Shown here: positions 28,414-40,529 of the stretch, piece by piece
Layout: the number at the start of each line of letters is the position of its first letter
Position numbering within the stretch: the stretch's first letter is position 1
Source of the DNA: Bigelowiella natans CCMP2755
Lineage: Eukaryota; Protista; Cercozoa
Assembly (NCBI GenBank): GCA_000320545.1
Contig: ADNK01001186.1
Coordinates: 1 to 64,000 of the forward strand
Reading direction: 5' to 3'
Length of the DNA: 64,000 nt
Position numbers and translations under genes: made by a program
The notes under the pieces: generated by a model
Seen by the model: the letters and a program-made list of their open reading frames with translations, nothing else
What the model was told of the DNA's origin: nothing
Database searches by the model: none

Positions 28414-29001
28414 GGTGTTGACTCAGCAGAAATTCCAACAAGGTCCAAAAGGTTATTGCATTCAAAAGCGTAGACTATATGGATGATAGGACTTCCAACT
28501 CTTGAGGCACCTGGCAGGGTTGGGGATTATCCTTCAGTTACTCGGCGCAGAGAAAACCAACGCCCTAAATTATCTTAACGGTAATCAATTTAGGTTGTCG
28601 CATATTTGAAAATACAAGACATTTTCTGGACGCCAGAGTTCCGGGAGACAAGTGGTTCTTATTCTTTTTGTTGCGAGATATTTCCACAATTAGGCTCACA
28701 AATATACGGGATATATCTATAAATATCCCATAAAAATATGTATTCCAATGGGGGACGGGGGCAAAATTTCAGAATTTAATATAGAAAATTTACGCCTGTA
28801 ATGACCACACCATGACCATACTCTATTTGTTTTTTCTTCCGACTGTGAGTGCCATATGAATTTTGTGTGCCGTGACTTATAAGATATTTGCGGTTAAAAA
28901 CTCAGACTGAATTACAGTTCAAAGAGACACGTGGCACGGCACCAAAAGTAGGGGGGGGGACAACGAGGCACAGGCATTCTTTCCCTGTTGTTCGGCGAAA
29001 A
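28414..29001. promoter_or_regulatory. Divergent promoter interval (Tctex-1 / TCAIM)
   Basis: AT-rich, microsatellite-free and TA-rich, between two divergent start codons. Confidence 0.6.
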
Positions 29002-31080
29002 ATGAGAGTCTTCATCAAGAACTCATTGCGGAGAGGGATATTATTTTCTTCCAGAGAGCCTGTGCGGTTATGGAGGCTGAATGGCTGCCGAATCTCCGGG
29101 GAAAGAGTAGCGAAGATGGCAACCAGCAGTCGGGGCGCAGAGGAAGCTAAGACCGTTGAACAGCAACCAGTGGATATTCCCGACCTCAAGTCCACACTGA
29201 GAAAGTTCTACATGCGGGTTAGGATCCAACGAATTGCATATTTGTATGGTCGTCGTTGTGCATAGATAGGCCAACTGAGCAGCACGTGAATCTGAGTTAC
29301 AAATTTGGTTTTCAGGTACATCCTGATTTGTTCGATAGTCACGAAGAAGCACGAAAGAAGAATACAGAGGTAATGCGACGTAGTTTCTCAACAAAGGCTA
29401 CGATAGATTTTGTTCTCATTCAAGTGCTTTATAAATAACATGTCAAAAGAGCCTCAGTCTTCTCACCGGGTTAACCGACTCTCTCGCATCGGACGACCTG
29501 ACAATAAAATCCTGCAGCTTGCAGTTTTTTATTCGAGGCGAGCATGTAAGATGGGAGCAAAAGAAGGTGGGGGGGGGGGGGGGGTAGGCTTTTCGCGTTT
29601 CTGTAACAAGTAACAATAATATGTTTACTAAAGGAGGAGAAGGAAAACGAGCTGAGCAAGATTGGAGTTACAATTCAAGGCGACTATGGAGCTCCACGAA
29701 ACCCTCGCTACATGCGATCGTTGCACAGATCACTTTCGAGCTTATTCCTACAGAGCGGTGTGAATGCTAAGTGGTGTTGTAAGTGCCAGTGAGTCGAAGC
29801 TCAACACACTATTTTTTTCAAAGGTTTAGATCCCGATTTCGTGTGGGGAGACACGTTTGCTCAGGCATCGAGTTCGGACGACTCAACAGCATTTTCACGG
29901 AGTAGGGACTATGAATTCGAGGAGGGGACGCTACAAGGGTGAGAATCTGCAAAAATGTTGTGTTATCGTGTCCTGTTTCGATGCGGCACTCTTTTCAAGT
30001 GATAGTTTCATAGGGTTATATCTCTGTGAGCTTCTTTCCATCTTCTTCAGCAGATCTTACGACGCGCAATTTAGACCGCACACTTTTGTATTCGAATGGC
30101 TATCTTTGCGAATGCTTCGTGTAGGTATCTCGAACGAAATCACAGATTGGCGGTTCTTAGAATGGAACGTGCGAGGTAGATTCTGTTAATACCTGGGACG
30201 AGAAATCCTTCAAATGCCCGACCAACTATAATCCATAGTTGAACCCTCGATTTCGCGCCCTACACACAAGCACTACTACCGCTACTACGAGCGCCATCAT
30301 CGTTGTTGATGTCGAATCGGTTTTTCATCAGGGTTCTGGCACAACGGCTGCAGCTGCTGGACATAACCCTCAGATCGCAGCGCTTTCGGTCAATTTTCGA
30401 TAATTTCGCAGGAGACGTGACGACGGAGCATCATGTACGTGCACACACCGAGCCATTGTTGGACAACATTTCCCTCCTACCGTCAATGCGCGGGTTTGCA
30501 GAACGACTGCTGACTTTGGCGTGTTTGCTAATTGCAAGGAATTTCAGTACAGCTGCCTCACAGAACTGCGACGACTGCTTGGCATAAAGGCTCCAGAAAG
30601 CTTCTTCGACGATGATGGAGGAGGAGGACACTTCAAGGCAGGGAAGGCTGCAACAGGGGGGGGGACGGAGGCAGGGGCAAAGGAGTGGAAGGAAAGAGAC
30701 TCTTCTTCCTCCTCCTCTTCCTCCTCCTCCCCACCACCATCATCTACAACAACAGAAACAACAAATTCGAAAACGTCTGAAGAGGACACCTCATATCATA
30801 CCGAAAGCGAAAAGGAAGAAGGGTTTAGAATAGAATTAGGCGAGGAGGAGAAGTGGCATCTGATACTTCGGGAAAAGCTCGCAGGGAGAGTCTTCGTCTT
30901 CAGTAGCAGCGACGACATGTGCCGCGTAGATGGGCTGGGCAGGATAATTCTTCCCGTGCACTTGAAAGCTGAGGACTGGCTCCAGCAGATCATAGAGAAA
31001 GACCTAAGCCGAGAAGCAAGGACAAAGGCTAAAGCAGCTCAAATCACGGAACAACGGCAACGGTAAGAGATCGAGAAAGG

Positions 31081-31117
<37 letters not shown>

Positions 31118-31510
31118 AGGGAAAACAAGAGAGAGAAATGACGAAGTATGCGTTGAGCTTATAAATAGCAATTGCAACGTAACGCCTTCATTGCATGATT
31201 TAGTAGATGCAGCAATCGGTAGAGCAGGCGACGACTAGTTCTCTTGATTTTGCATCGTCTTCACACTTTATCACCCAGCGCTCTCTCAACCCCTCCCGCC
31301 CCCCTCCCCTCCTTTTTATCTATATTTCTTCTCCACGAAATTACAGGAAAGTTGGCGAGGCTCTAGGCATGCGACATCTATTTTGTGACCCAGATTTGCA
31401 TTCTGACACGTAATCATGATCATTGGTTATTTGGAACCTGTTCCTCTCCTGCTCACACGCATTGTGACTCCTACCTGCTATTTCAACTCTCTCCCCACCT
31501 CCCACCCAAC

Positions 31511-31557
<47 letters not shown>

Positions 31558-32116
31558 TTCTTGCACACGTGCACACGCGCTTTGACGCATACACCAGATC
31601 ATATATTACGTTCTTGAATCGTTTGGAGGAATCACCGGATGCCCTAAAGAAATTCTTCGAGGACTTTCCGGAAAGAGCCTCAGTACCAATAAGGTAAGTA
31701 AATGGAGTGGGAATAGCGGAGAACAGCTCCATCGCGCTTTCTGAGCATTTGTCCGTAACATAATTGGCAGTTTGCCATTTGTTTGTGAAGTGGCTATTGG
31801 GTGCCTCGGAACATTCGCTTTCGAAAACAATCTAATAATGATGATGGCAGTTCTTTGACCATCGATGAGTACCATGTTTGGCCCGCAGAGGGTTGCCTCT
31901 GCTCCCTGTCCCTATCGAGTGTATGATTTCGACTATTAGCGATCTCACCTGCACGCATGCACGAGGACACACCCACGCCTGCACACGCACACATATAATC
32001 TTTCAGGGTTCACCCAGGACGAATAAGGCCACGGAACCCGATCCACAAAGACCTGGTATCTAAATCTGATGTGTGTGTGTGTGTGTGTGCGTGCGTGTTG
32101 TTATTCTAACACGTTT

Positions 32117-32157
<41 letters not shown>

Positions 32158-33294
32158 TCGCCGTGCATATAGGGCGTGTTGTCAATACCTGTTGAGTGCA
32201 CCCCGGCAAAGCTGCTTCATGTCCTCCAGTCGAGAGGGGAACAAGCACAGTACATCCACGCAGCTTATCTAAAGGTCTAGATCAACTTCATAACGGTGGT
32301 GGTGTGATGGTGGCATGGTGGAAGGAGAACACACGGTGAAGTCGCAACAAGGACTACTTCTCTCATGAAATACCTGACGTCGTCAGCGTTTACAAATAGC
32401 ACTAGCCGCCAAAAGCTGGAGTGGCTGCTTCTCAACACATGAGCAACAACAACAACAACAACAACAACAACAAGTAAAACATTACTTCCCCTCTCCATCT
32501 TAGGAGCAGAAAGACAGCGATGAGCTGCTTCTCGACACGAAGAGGAGCCTTAAGCTACAGGGCCTACGGAAGAGGTAATGCTATCAGCATGGTGGTTGTT
32601 GACTAGTGACACTAGGCGGGTGGGGGGGGCAGGCAGGGAGCGATATGGTAAAAGTAGTTGTGCTATCATGTTGTGTTATACATCACAATGTCCCCTCTAC
32701 ACCCATCGCACTACTTATTGCGGTGCCAAATCATCGTGAGGTTGTTTGTCTGAGAGACGCCATCGATGATAGCCTTTTCCTCTCTAACGCTATTTTCATG
32801 CGAGGTCATTGGATAGAAGGCCATCGACCCTCGAAATTTAGAGAAACATTAGCCGTGAAAATTCGTGTAATTGATTCTGCTCCCCCCCCCCCCCCCCGGT
32901 GCTTGTGGTTCGAAGCTCTAGGGCGAGTGATGTACAGATGAAGGACTGCTGCCGTCGTCTCTTGTGCATCCCTATGAAAGACAGGTCGGGTAGTAGTAGA
33001 CTTAGCAGAAACATGTAGTAGTAATAGCAGCAGTATGATGGTGGTAGTGTAGTAGTGAGGTAGATCATTCAAAGGAGGTGAGTTTCCCCGTTCTCAACGG
33101 CCAAGTGTCAGACATGACGACGTTGGCGTTTTTCTTCGTGTATTCTGTGCTATATGTTGAGAGGGACATAGGATTGCTGTGAATTCACTCCATTTAGGTA
33201 CGTTTTCGAGGGCCTCACCTTGATTATTTGCAACAACTACGATGTGAAGGGGAATGGGGATGTTAGAATAAAATGGAACTGGCAGCAGAAATAA
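29002..33294 (+). CDS. TCAIM: TCAIM-like protein (DUF4460/DUF4461) with a probable mitochondrial presequence; multi-exon
   Basis: LKSTLRKFYMRV-HPDLF..ARKKNTE N-terminal motif; LAGRVFVFSSS..DGLGRIILPV..DWL; C-terminal YDVKGNGDVRIKWNW* typical of the family; Arg-rich leader MRVFIKNSLRRG. Confidence 0.85.
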
Positions 33295-33339
33295 TTCACT
33301 TTTGAATAAAGTAAGGAGTGATACGCTATGCACGTTTGT

Positions 33340-34270
33340 TCTACAGCCCACACATAGGACATGCTATATTGCAATGTGTCTGCTTAGTTAATGATCAGAG
33401 GCCTGAAAAATAACCACCTGACCAATGTTATTATGCATGGATGAATATATGAGCTTGCATTCAGCTACTGTGCTGCTACATTGCGGTATACAGTGCAGCG
33501 CCGCCTGATCACGAGATGCTAGAGATGGCAAAAAATTGCTACGCTAGCTACGTTCATTTTTGACGTTTTCACGACGCGTGATGCATGCAACGCATAATGT
33601 AGAGTCGTGTGTATGTCGCGGTACGCATGCTAGCATGCTATTGCATGATGACACGCGATACGCACGAGCAGCAGGCAAGCGTAGCCGGCTTGCCACACTA
33701 GCACAGCTAGCTAGATAACGACAGCTAGACAGCTCTAAGTAGTTGCTAGCGCAAGCACACCGCTGCCTGTGCGGCTCTAGAGCTAACTAGCTAAACTAGT
33801 GGACACTAGGACAGCTTGCTACTCGTCAGGATGAAAGCACTCTTGCACTTTAGCACTAGCTAGGCAGCGTAGTAGCGTAGCTAGCTAGCATTGCAGGTGA
33901 AAATGTCGATGCCAACAATGTGGTTGGAACAAAAAATGATGACACATTGCAAGTTTCCAACGTGATCGATTGCAGATGCATGCTAGCATGGTGTATGCAT
34001 TTGAAAGCGTGACTTTCAAAAACGTTGTTGCAATGGCGGTACGTTGCAACAAAATTTGCCAGCATAGCATCATAGCGCACATGTTTGTGCACAGTCCATC
34101 TTTTCTGCTAGCTAGCTAGCATGTGCACAACTACATATGACCATGCTAGCTAGCTAGCACAGACAGCCATAGCTAGCATTGCTAGATTGTGCATGATCTA
34201 CAGTGAGTGATGCATTGCAGCCGGCGCTACGCCATGCATCGAACCGCACAGAGATGCAACGTCTCGGTTC
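33340..34270. other. TpA-depleted, CTAG-rich island 4, between the convergent TCAIM and phosphatase 3' ends
   Basis: Dense gctagctagc, gcatgc and tgca; most remaining TA is in CTAG/CTA/TAG. Confidence 0.88.
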
Positions 34271-34467
34271 GCATGTATGTGTTTGCAACGTTCTTCTTCC
34301 TTGATCAGCGTCTCATCAATGTGCAGATTGAACTTGAACATGAGCAAAATGCAGCGAGGAGTTATCGGAAGCCTCGTCGAAAAAGAAAACCCACCTATTT
34401 CCATCAGAAGCCGCATCACGTACGTCACTTCAGCGGCAGTAGATGATGGCGAAGGTGCAGGCGATCC

Positions 34468-35173
34468 TTATTCCTTATTGATGGTGTACGTATAGGTTTT
34501 GCTCCCATCTTCGTTCACAAAAGTCGTTTTCAGGGAGGTCTTGTTCCCTTTATGAGCCATGAAACCGTACTTTCCTTCCATATATCCCTTCAATCCCTTG
34601 TATCCTTTGTTGACACCGTTGTGTTCGCGAGCCCCTGTGTGAATACAGACAGACGACACAACGGAAGATCAGATTGTTAGCGCCCCCTCACCCCCCAGTA
34701 TTTTTTTCCCACTTAGAAGTAAACATGACTGAAATCGACGTGCATGCGCATTACAATCACATGTTTGCCAGAATAAACGTCTATAAACAAATCAGCTCAC
34801 CAGCTCCACTTCCAAAGTAAGAAACGCCATTCTTCACGATGTGTTGCAGGATATGGTCGTGGCCGTTGAAATACTAAGATTATGGTGAGTATTACGGATA
34901 ATAGTGGATGATGGATTCATAAGATGTTGCTGTCCACTCTGCTCTGCGTTGTGAGACGGAGCTTCTCTTTCAACGCAGCTTACAAGAATTTAACATAAGC
35001 AAAAGAGTCTGCAGATCTTGGTGTGTAAGTGTGTGTGTGTACAGAATGGGTTTCGTAGTACCATATCGACATTGTATTTCTCAAGCAAGGGCTCAAGGGA
35101 CTTGACCAAAGAGGGCGTGTCACCTGGTGATGATGATATCGACAGCCATTATTAAACGTACTCCAAATAGCTT

Positions 35174-35240
<67 letters not shown>

Positions 35241-35570
35241 CAGACATGAAATGCCCAGAGAGTGTGAACGCACCATGTTCGAATCGCGAAGCAGAATGTA
35301 CTGGAAAGTGCCCCATCACAATTTTCCAGTCTGCAGTGCTGTATGGATGCATATGTAGTGAATGAGAAGAGCGGGGGCATGGCATGCCTAGTTGGCGAAA
35401 AGACGATTGCATCAAAATAGAGAATTCGCTGGTCGGTTGATAAATGGTGGAAGAAACGAAGACTCGGTAAAATGCTGCCCGTTTAGATAGTGCCGCAAAC
35501 GCAGATGCACGAAGGGCTCCGCGATTTGCATGCATCAATATCCAAGCAGCACTGTTCTTATGAGCTTGGC

Positions 35571-35607
<37 letters not shown>

Positions 35608-37373
35608 TCGCACACAGCACCTTTTTGAAAGTGCTTTCTCGATAAATTGCAGCTGATCTGAGTCCGAAGAGACTTCGACGCGGTCTGATGGGTCCTCCTT
35701 AGGCAACATCATCATCATCATCATCGTCATCATTATGTCGGGGATTAAAAACGAAAGGAATATAAATAGCTCTACTCAAAGAATATCGCAAAGCAGCAGC
35801 AGCAGCAGCTGTAGGAGCAGCAGCAATGGAATTGACCACCCACTTACCTCAGGGAAGTGCTTCAGGAGTTGATGTACAGTGCCATTGGTGATAACACCGG
35901 CTTCATGCTTTATGAGAACGTCAGTCAGATTGCGAAGAGCAGATCGGTTGGTTGCAGGGTCGAATTTCACGAAAGTATCGCCACCGTTTAATCTGAGGAG
36001 GAGTGAGGCAGCCATTATTTGAGTTTCTGCTCTTGTTTTCTGATTAGTTTCTCTTACGAGTTGAGTACATAAATATGGCTGAAAAATCGCCAATGCGATG
36101 CTTGGCACAATGTGCGTGCGGGTTAAGCGCAGAAACTTGTCAATAACCAAAGCGCCCCAACTTCATGAGGACTGTAAACCGATGAAATGAATATTTCCCA
36201 TCTACAAGTCGATTTTGCCTTATTGCCTACCATCTCCCAAGTGCATGCAACTGTATTTCTTCTTAAAACAGCAATAACAGCAGCAGCAGCAGCAACAGCA
36301 GATATTTTGAAATTACGACCACCTCCATGTATCGATACTGAGAAGAGTGATAGACGTTCCGTCGGCGGCCGTGACGTCCTTCGAGTAATAAAGCGACGGG
36401 TAGTACCAACGATCAGATTTTTGAGTGTAGTCCATCTCGGCCTGGATGCCGGTGTTTCCGCCATAGTAATCGTGGTTCTGTTTTATCACGGCATGGTGAC
36501 ACGAGAATGGTGAGCTAGGGTGATGATACTGATAGATGATGCGGTTGTGCAGATTATTTCTCGAAGCGGTTGGAAAGGAAGGCTCACCCCTGCGCAGACG
36601 TACCACGGCACCTGCAACGCATCCTCCGCGAATGTATCCTCAAACTTCTCCTGGTTCAAGAGTGCAATATTTATACGAAGAATTTCAAATCAGTATTTTT
36701 GGCGCTAAAAAAGAATAGAAGCAGATTCGCCTGCTGCTGAGACCTGAGACCAACACCACCACCGGCTGCTATCTCAACAGCTACTACCTAACTCGGATAG
36801 GCAACTACGACAAAGACGACTATTACTTATGAGGACAACAACAACCTTGAACTGTGGGTCATCTACTCCTGATACGCCTTTATCGTCTGATAGCAGATTG
36901 ATGACAAATATGAATACGATTCGGTGTTCTCTACTTTTCAAATCGGTTCTGCTAATGAAACGGCCACGTTCATTCGTTCGGCTCACTCCACCCTATAATA
37001 TTAAATCTATGGTCTTACAGAAGTTGTCTCCGATCGCCAGGACAAACTATAGCAAGGAAGTTAAAACTAGATCAGGAATAAATTCTTTACTTGCGCACCC
37101 AAAAAATAAAAATTGGTAGGGGGTTATATATATATGCTCCGGCAGAATTAAGACAATAGATATGCAGGCATCAAAGAATTAGTTTGGTGGTTTGATGAAA
37201 TTAATTATGAAGAAATGTTGTTTTGTGTATACCTCGGGGGAGTATGATCCCATATGCTGGCTCAGTTTCTTGGCTCCTTTGTCCCCCCAATCGCCGATTG
37301 ACAAGAAACTTGGTGATGCATAGAATAATTCAAAGCCAAACAGTGCATAAATGTGAAAAGCCAGAAATTTCAT
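34468..37373 (-). CDS. Secreted purple acid phosphatase (ACP5/PAP-like calcineurin-family metallophosphoesterase); multi-exon
   Basis: Signal peptide MKFLAFHIYALFG; metal motifs IGDWG, IGDNF-YDKGV, VPWYVCAG-NHDY, VMGHFP and NGHDHILQH; ends ..YTYTINKE*. Confidence 0.92.
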
Positions 37374-38568
37374 TGTCCAAACAGATGAAACAATCGTTGA
37401 CGGATATCTATATACTCAGGTTGAGAAATAAATGGTGTGAATCCAAAGATTCTTCGCGTGCAACGAGGGCACCTCATGAGGTATTCCGCGCGACATAACG
37501 CGTGATATGAAGGGTCAATCTCATCATTGTTAACAACTGCAGCCTCTCGCGTTATCCAATCTTGCATCGCATATTCATGTATTTCACCTGAAGCTAGCGA
37601 CTTGCTTCGTAAGGAGTAGAGCGAGGAAGGGAACCATCATTTTGAGCCTTAAAGCTTACAAACAGAAAGTATGAAATCTGTGAGGTTTTATTTCTACGAC
37701 ATCCATATAAAGCTATTTGCATATTCGAAATGGACAAATCGTGGAGTAGTTACTTATTTCTTGAATTCATCTTATAACATCCACGATGCAATCTCGAAAA
37801 GAAGAGTGGATATAGTGCTTTCGAATTTTCAAAAATGTATGGAAGTCTCCGGCAGAAAAGTCCCGACGTGAAGTCGCGTAATAAAAACTTATTTTATCGG
37901 CACTTAAGCGTGTGAAAATGTAAGGCTCCCATTCGCCGTTGTCAGCATCCGATAGCCTCCGATTCTCTTCTATAATGAGTGGAACCCTTCCGTTTGCACA
38001 AAAATTAGTTCCCTTTGTCCAAGTTTTATGTTTTCAAAGATGACCTTTTCTCGGCCTAAAACATATGGCCAGATATTCCATTTTGAAATTCAGATACATC
38101 TCTCGCCAAATACATTTTAGGATTGTCAGTACAGGACATTGTTTACGCCCATTAATTTTGGATATTTCCGGTTGTCATATGAAGAATTCTAGTTTTGTGC
38201 TACGGAAAGTGTTTATAGGAAGGCCAATTTTCAGGTCGAAGTGATTTTTTGGATGATTTATGACAAAAAGAGACCATAAAATTAGTGTACGACTTCATGA
38301 TAAAGTCGAATTCTATCATACTAGATCTTAAGACATCGGGTAGGGTTCTCGTCAACTGACTCAGGACATTTCAAGCGCGTTGCCCGATAGTTTGTGCATC
38401 GCAAATTAAAAATGAGCTACATTTGGAAGTAATATTGGGACACTCAAGATGTCGTAGTATAAATATTGATTGCGCTCTTGGTTTGTACATGCCCATGTGG
38501 ATATGCTCTGAGTTGAAATTCAGCCCGCACTTCTACAATCCAAACCAGAACAACCCCCCACAGTCACG
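37374..38568. promoter_or_regulatory. Divergent promoter interval (phosphatase / chlP)
   Basis: AT-rich, microsatellite-free, normal TA content. Confidence 0.55.
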
Positions 38569-40191
38569 ATGTATTCCTCCATCGAGACCTCTGCAATCCC
38601 TCGTGCCCCTGCACGGAAGTCGCGCATGCTTATGGTGGGCGTTGTTCTCGTCGGCATTGTATGCTTAGTTAGTTTCGCTGCAAACCCTCTTGGAACGGCA
38701 ATCGTACCATCATCGGCTTCCAGGAGCATGTATCGCGCTGGCCCTTCGACTTCCTCCATTCCAAGGGGGGCTAGTGGAATTAGCTCCAGCTCAATGGGTG
38801 CCATGGGAGCTATAAATAACCACAACTTGAAGAAAATGCCAAAGGGAACCAAGTTTCACTGCAACTGGGTTGCTGGTGAGCGCAATTTGAAGGGACATGC
38901 TAAAGCTGATGGATCTAAGTATCGCGTTGCTGTGATTGGTGGTGGCCCCTCCGGTTCAGCTGCAGCAGAAATCTTCGCAAAGGAAAAGGGAATTGATACC
39001 TTCATTTTTGAGCGTAAGATGGACAATGTGAAGCCTTGTGGTGGCGCTATTCCGCTTTGCATGGTTGACGAATTCGACCTTCCAGAGAGCGTCATCGACC
39101 GTAAGGTGCGCAAGATGAAGATGATATCCCCTTCCAACCGTGTGGTTGACGTCGGGCGCACTCTTAAGCCTAATGAGTACATCGGTATGTGTCGGCGTGA
39201 GGTACTAGATGGGTTCATGCGCAACCGTTCCGTCGACCTTGGCGCTGTCCCCATCAACGGCCTCGTGACCAAGATTGACGTACCAAGAGGTGACTCTGAT
39301 CCCTACGTGATTCACTACCAAGATTACGGTGATAAGACCGCAGGTGGTGCTGGAACTCCAAAAACTATGGAATTCGACGTACTAGTTGGTGCTGATGGTG
39401 CTAACTCCCGAGTCGCGAAAGCTATTGATGCTGGGGAGTATAACTATGCTATTGCATTCCAGGAGCGAATTGCGATTGATGAAGAGAAGATGGAATACTA
39501 CAAGGACCTAGCTGAGATGTATGTGGGTGATGATGTCTCTCCTGACTTTTACGCTTGGGTATTCCCTAAATACGATCACGTTGGTGTTGGTACTGGAACT
39601 GTCGTGAACAGACCCGACATTCCAAAATACCAGAAGGCTATTCGCGAGCGTGCAAAGGATAGGCTTGAGGGTGGAAAGATCATTAAGGTGGAGGCACATC
39701 CTATCCCTGAACATCCTCGTCCTCGCCGCGTCCAAGGCCGTGCTGCCCTCGTAGGTGATGCTGCCGGATACGTGACTAAATGCTCTGGCGAGGGTATCTA
39801 CTTCGCAGCAAAGAGTGGACGCATGGCTGCCCAGGCCATTGTGCAACTCATGCAGGGTGGCACTCGTCTTCCAACTCAGCAGGAGATCGAGGATACATAT
39901 ATTGCAGACTATGACAAAAAGTACCAAGCCACCTATGTTGTACTCGACCTCCTCCAGAAGGTATTCTACAGCTCGAATGCTGCCCGCGAGGCATTCGTTG
40001 AGATGTGTGATTCTGACTACGTGCAGAAGGTCACCTTCGATTCCTACTTATACAAGACTGTGCAGGGAGGCAATCCTGTTGATGACATTAAGCTGCTCTT
40101 CAGCACCGTCGGATCCATCTTCCGTGCACAGGCTACCACACCAAAGGACCGTGAGTTCTCAAACCCTGTGGAGTCTTTGAAGAGATTGTAA
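38569..40191 (+). CDS. chlP: Geranylgeranyl diphosphate reductase with a bipartite plastid-targeting leader, intronless
   Basis: RVAVIGGGPSG, ERKMDNVKPCGGAIPLCMV, SPDFYAWVFPKYDHV, LVGDAAGYVTKCSGEGIYFAAKSGR; about 100-aa leader with hydrophobic MLMVGVVLVGIVCLVSFA followed by a Ser/Arg-rich segment. Confidence 0.97.
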   Translation: MYSSIETSAIPRAPARKSRMLMVGVVLVGIVCLVSFAANPLGTAIVPSSASRSMYRAGPSTSSIPRGASGISSSSMGAMGAINNHNLKKMPKGTKFHCNWVAGERNLKGHAKADGSKYRVAVIGGGPSGSAAAEIFAKEKGIDTFIFERKMDNVKPCGGAIPLCMVDEFDLPESVIDRKVRKMKMISPSNRVVDVGRTLKPNEYIGMCRREVLDGFMRNRSVDLGAVPINGLVTKIDVPRGDSDPYVIHYQDYGDKTAGGAGTPKTMEFDVLVGADGANSRVAKAIDAGEYNYAIAFQERIAIDEEKMEYYKDLAEMYVGDDVSPDFYAWVFPKYDHVGVGTGTVVNRPDIPKYQKAIRERAKDRLEGGKIIKVEAHPIPEHPRPRRVQGRAALVGDAAGYVTKCSGEGIYFAAKSGRMAAQAIVQLMQGGTRLPTQQEIEDTYIADYDKKYQATYVVLDLLQKVFYSSNAAREAFVEMCDSDYVQKVTFDSYLYKTVQGGNPVDDIKLLFSTVGSIFRAQATTPKDREFSNPVESLKRL

Positions 40192-40529
40192 GGACCGATA
40201 AATATTATGTAAGATGAAAGTGGATTTGTTCACCATTTTGTCTTCTACGATTATCACATCATCACCATGTCGAAATTAGAGTGATCGCCGTGTCTATGCA
40301 TCACAACTCTTCTTCTGGGCGAGTTGACGAGATCGATAATATTCTGATGATTCGGTCTGTCGCTAGAAATTTTCTCCACCTCCAACAACTGTTATATCCA
40401 AAGCTTGTGGGGCTTTTAACGTACTTATGAGCGAAGCTATTGTCCAATGGAAATACGACTACTGTTCATATGTTTATACTGACTAATAAAAATGCATTAA
40501 AAGAAAGACTGTTATTTACTATGACATGC

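Noticed and set aside
28660-38175. Recurrent GATATT(T)CC words in promoter intervals (~28678, 38071, 38161)
   Set aside because: Too few instances in AT-rich DNA to distinguish from chance by eye.
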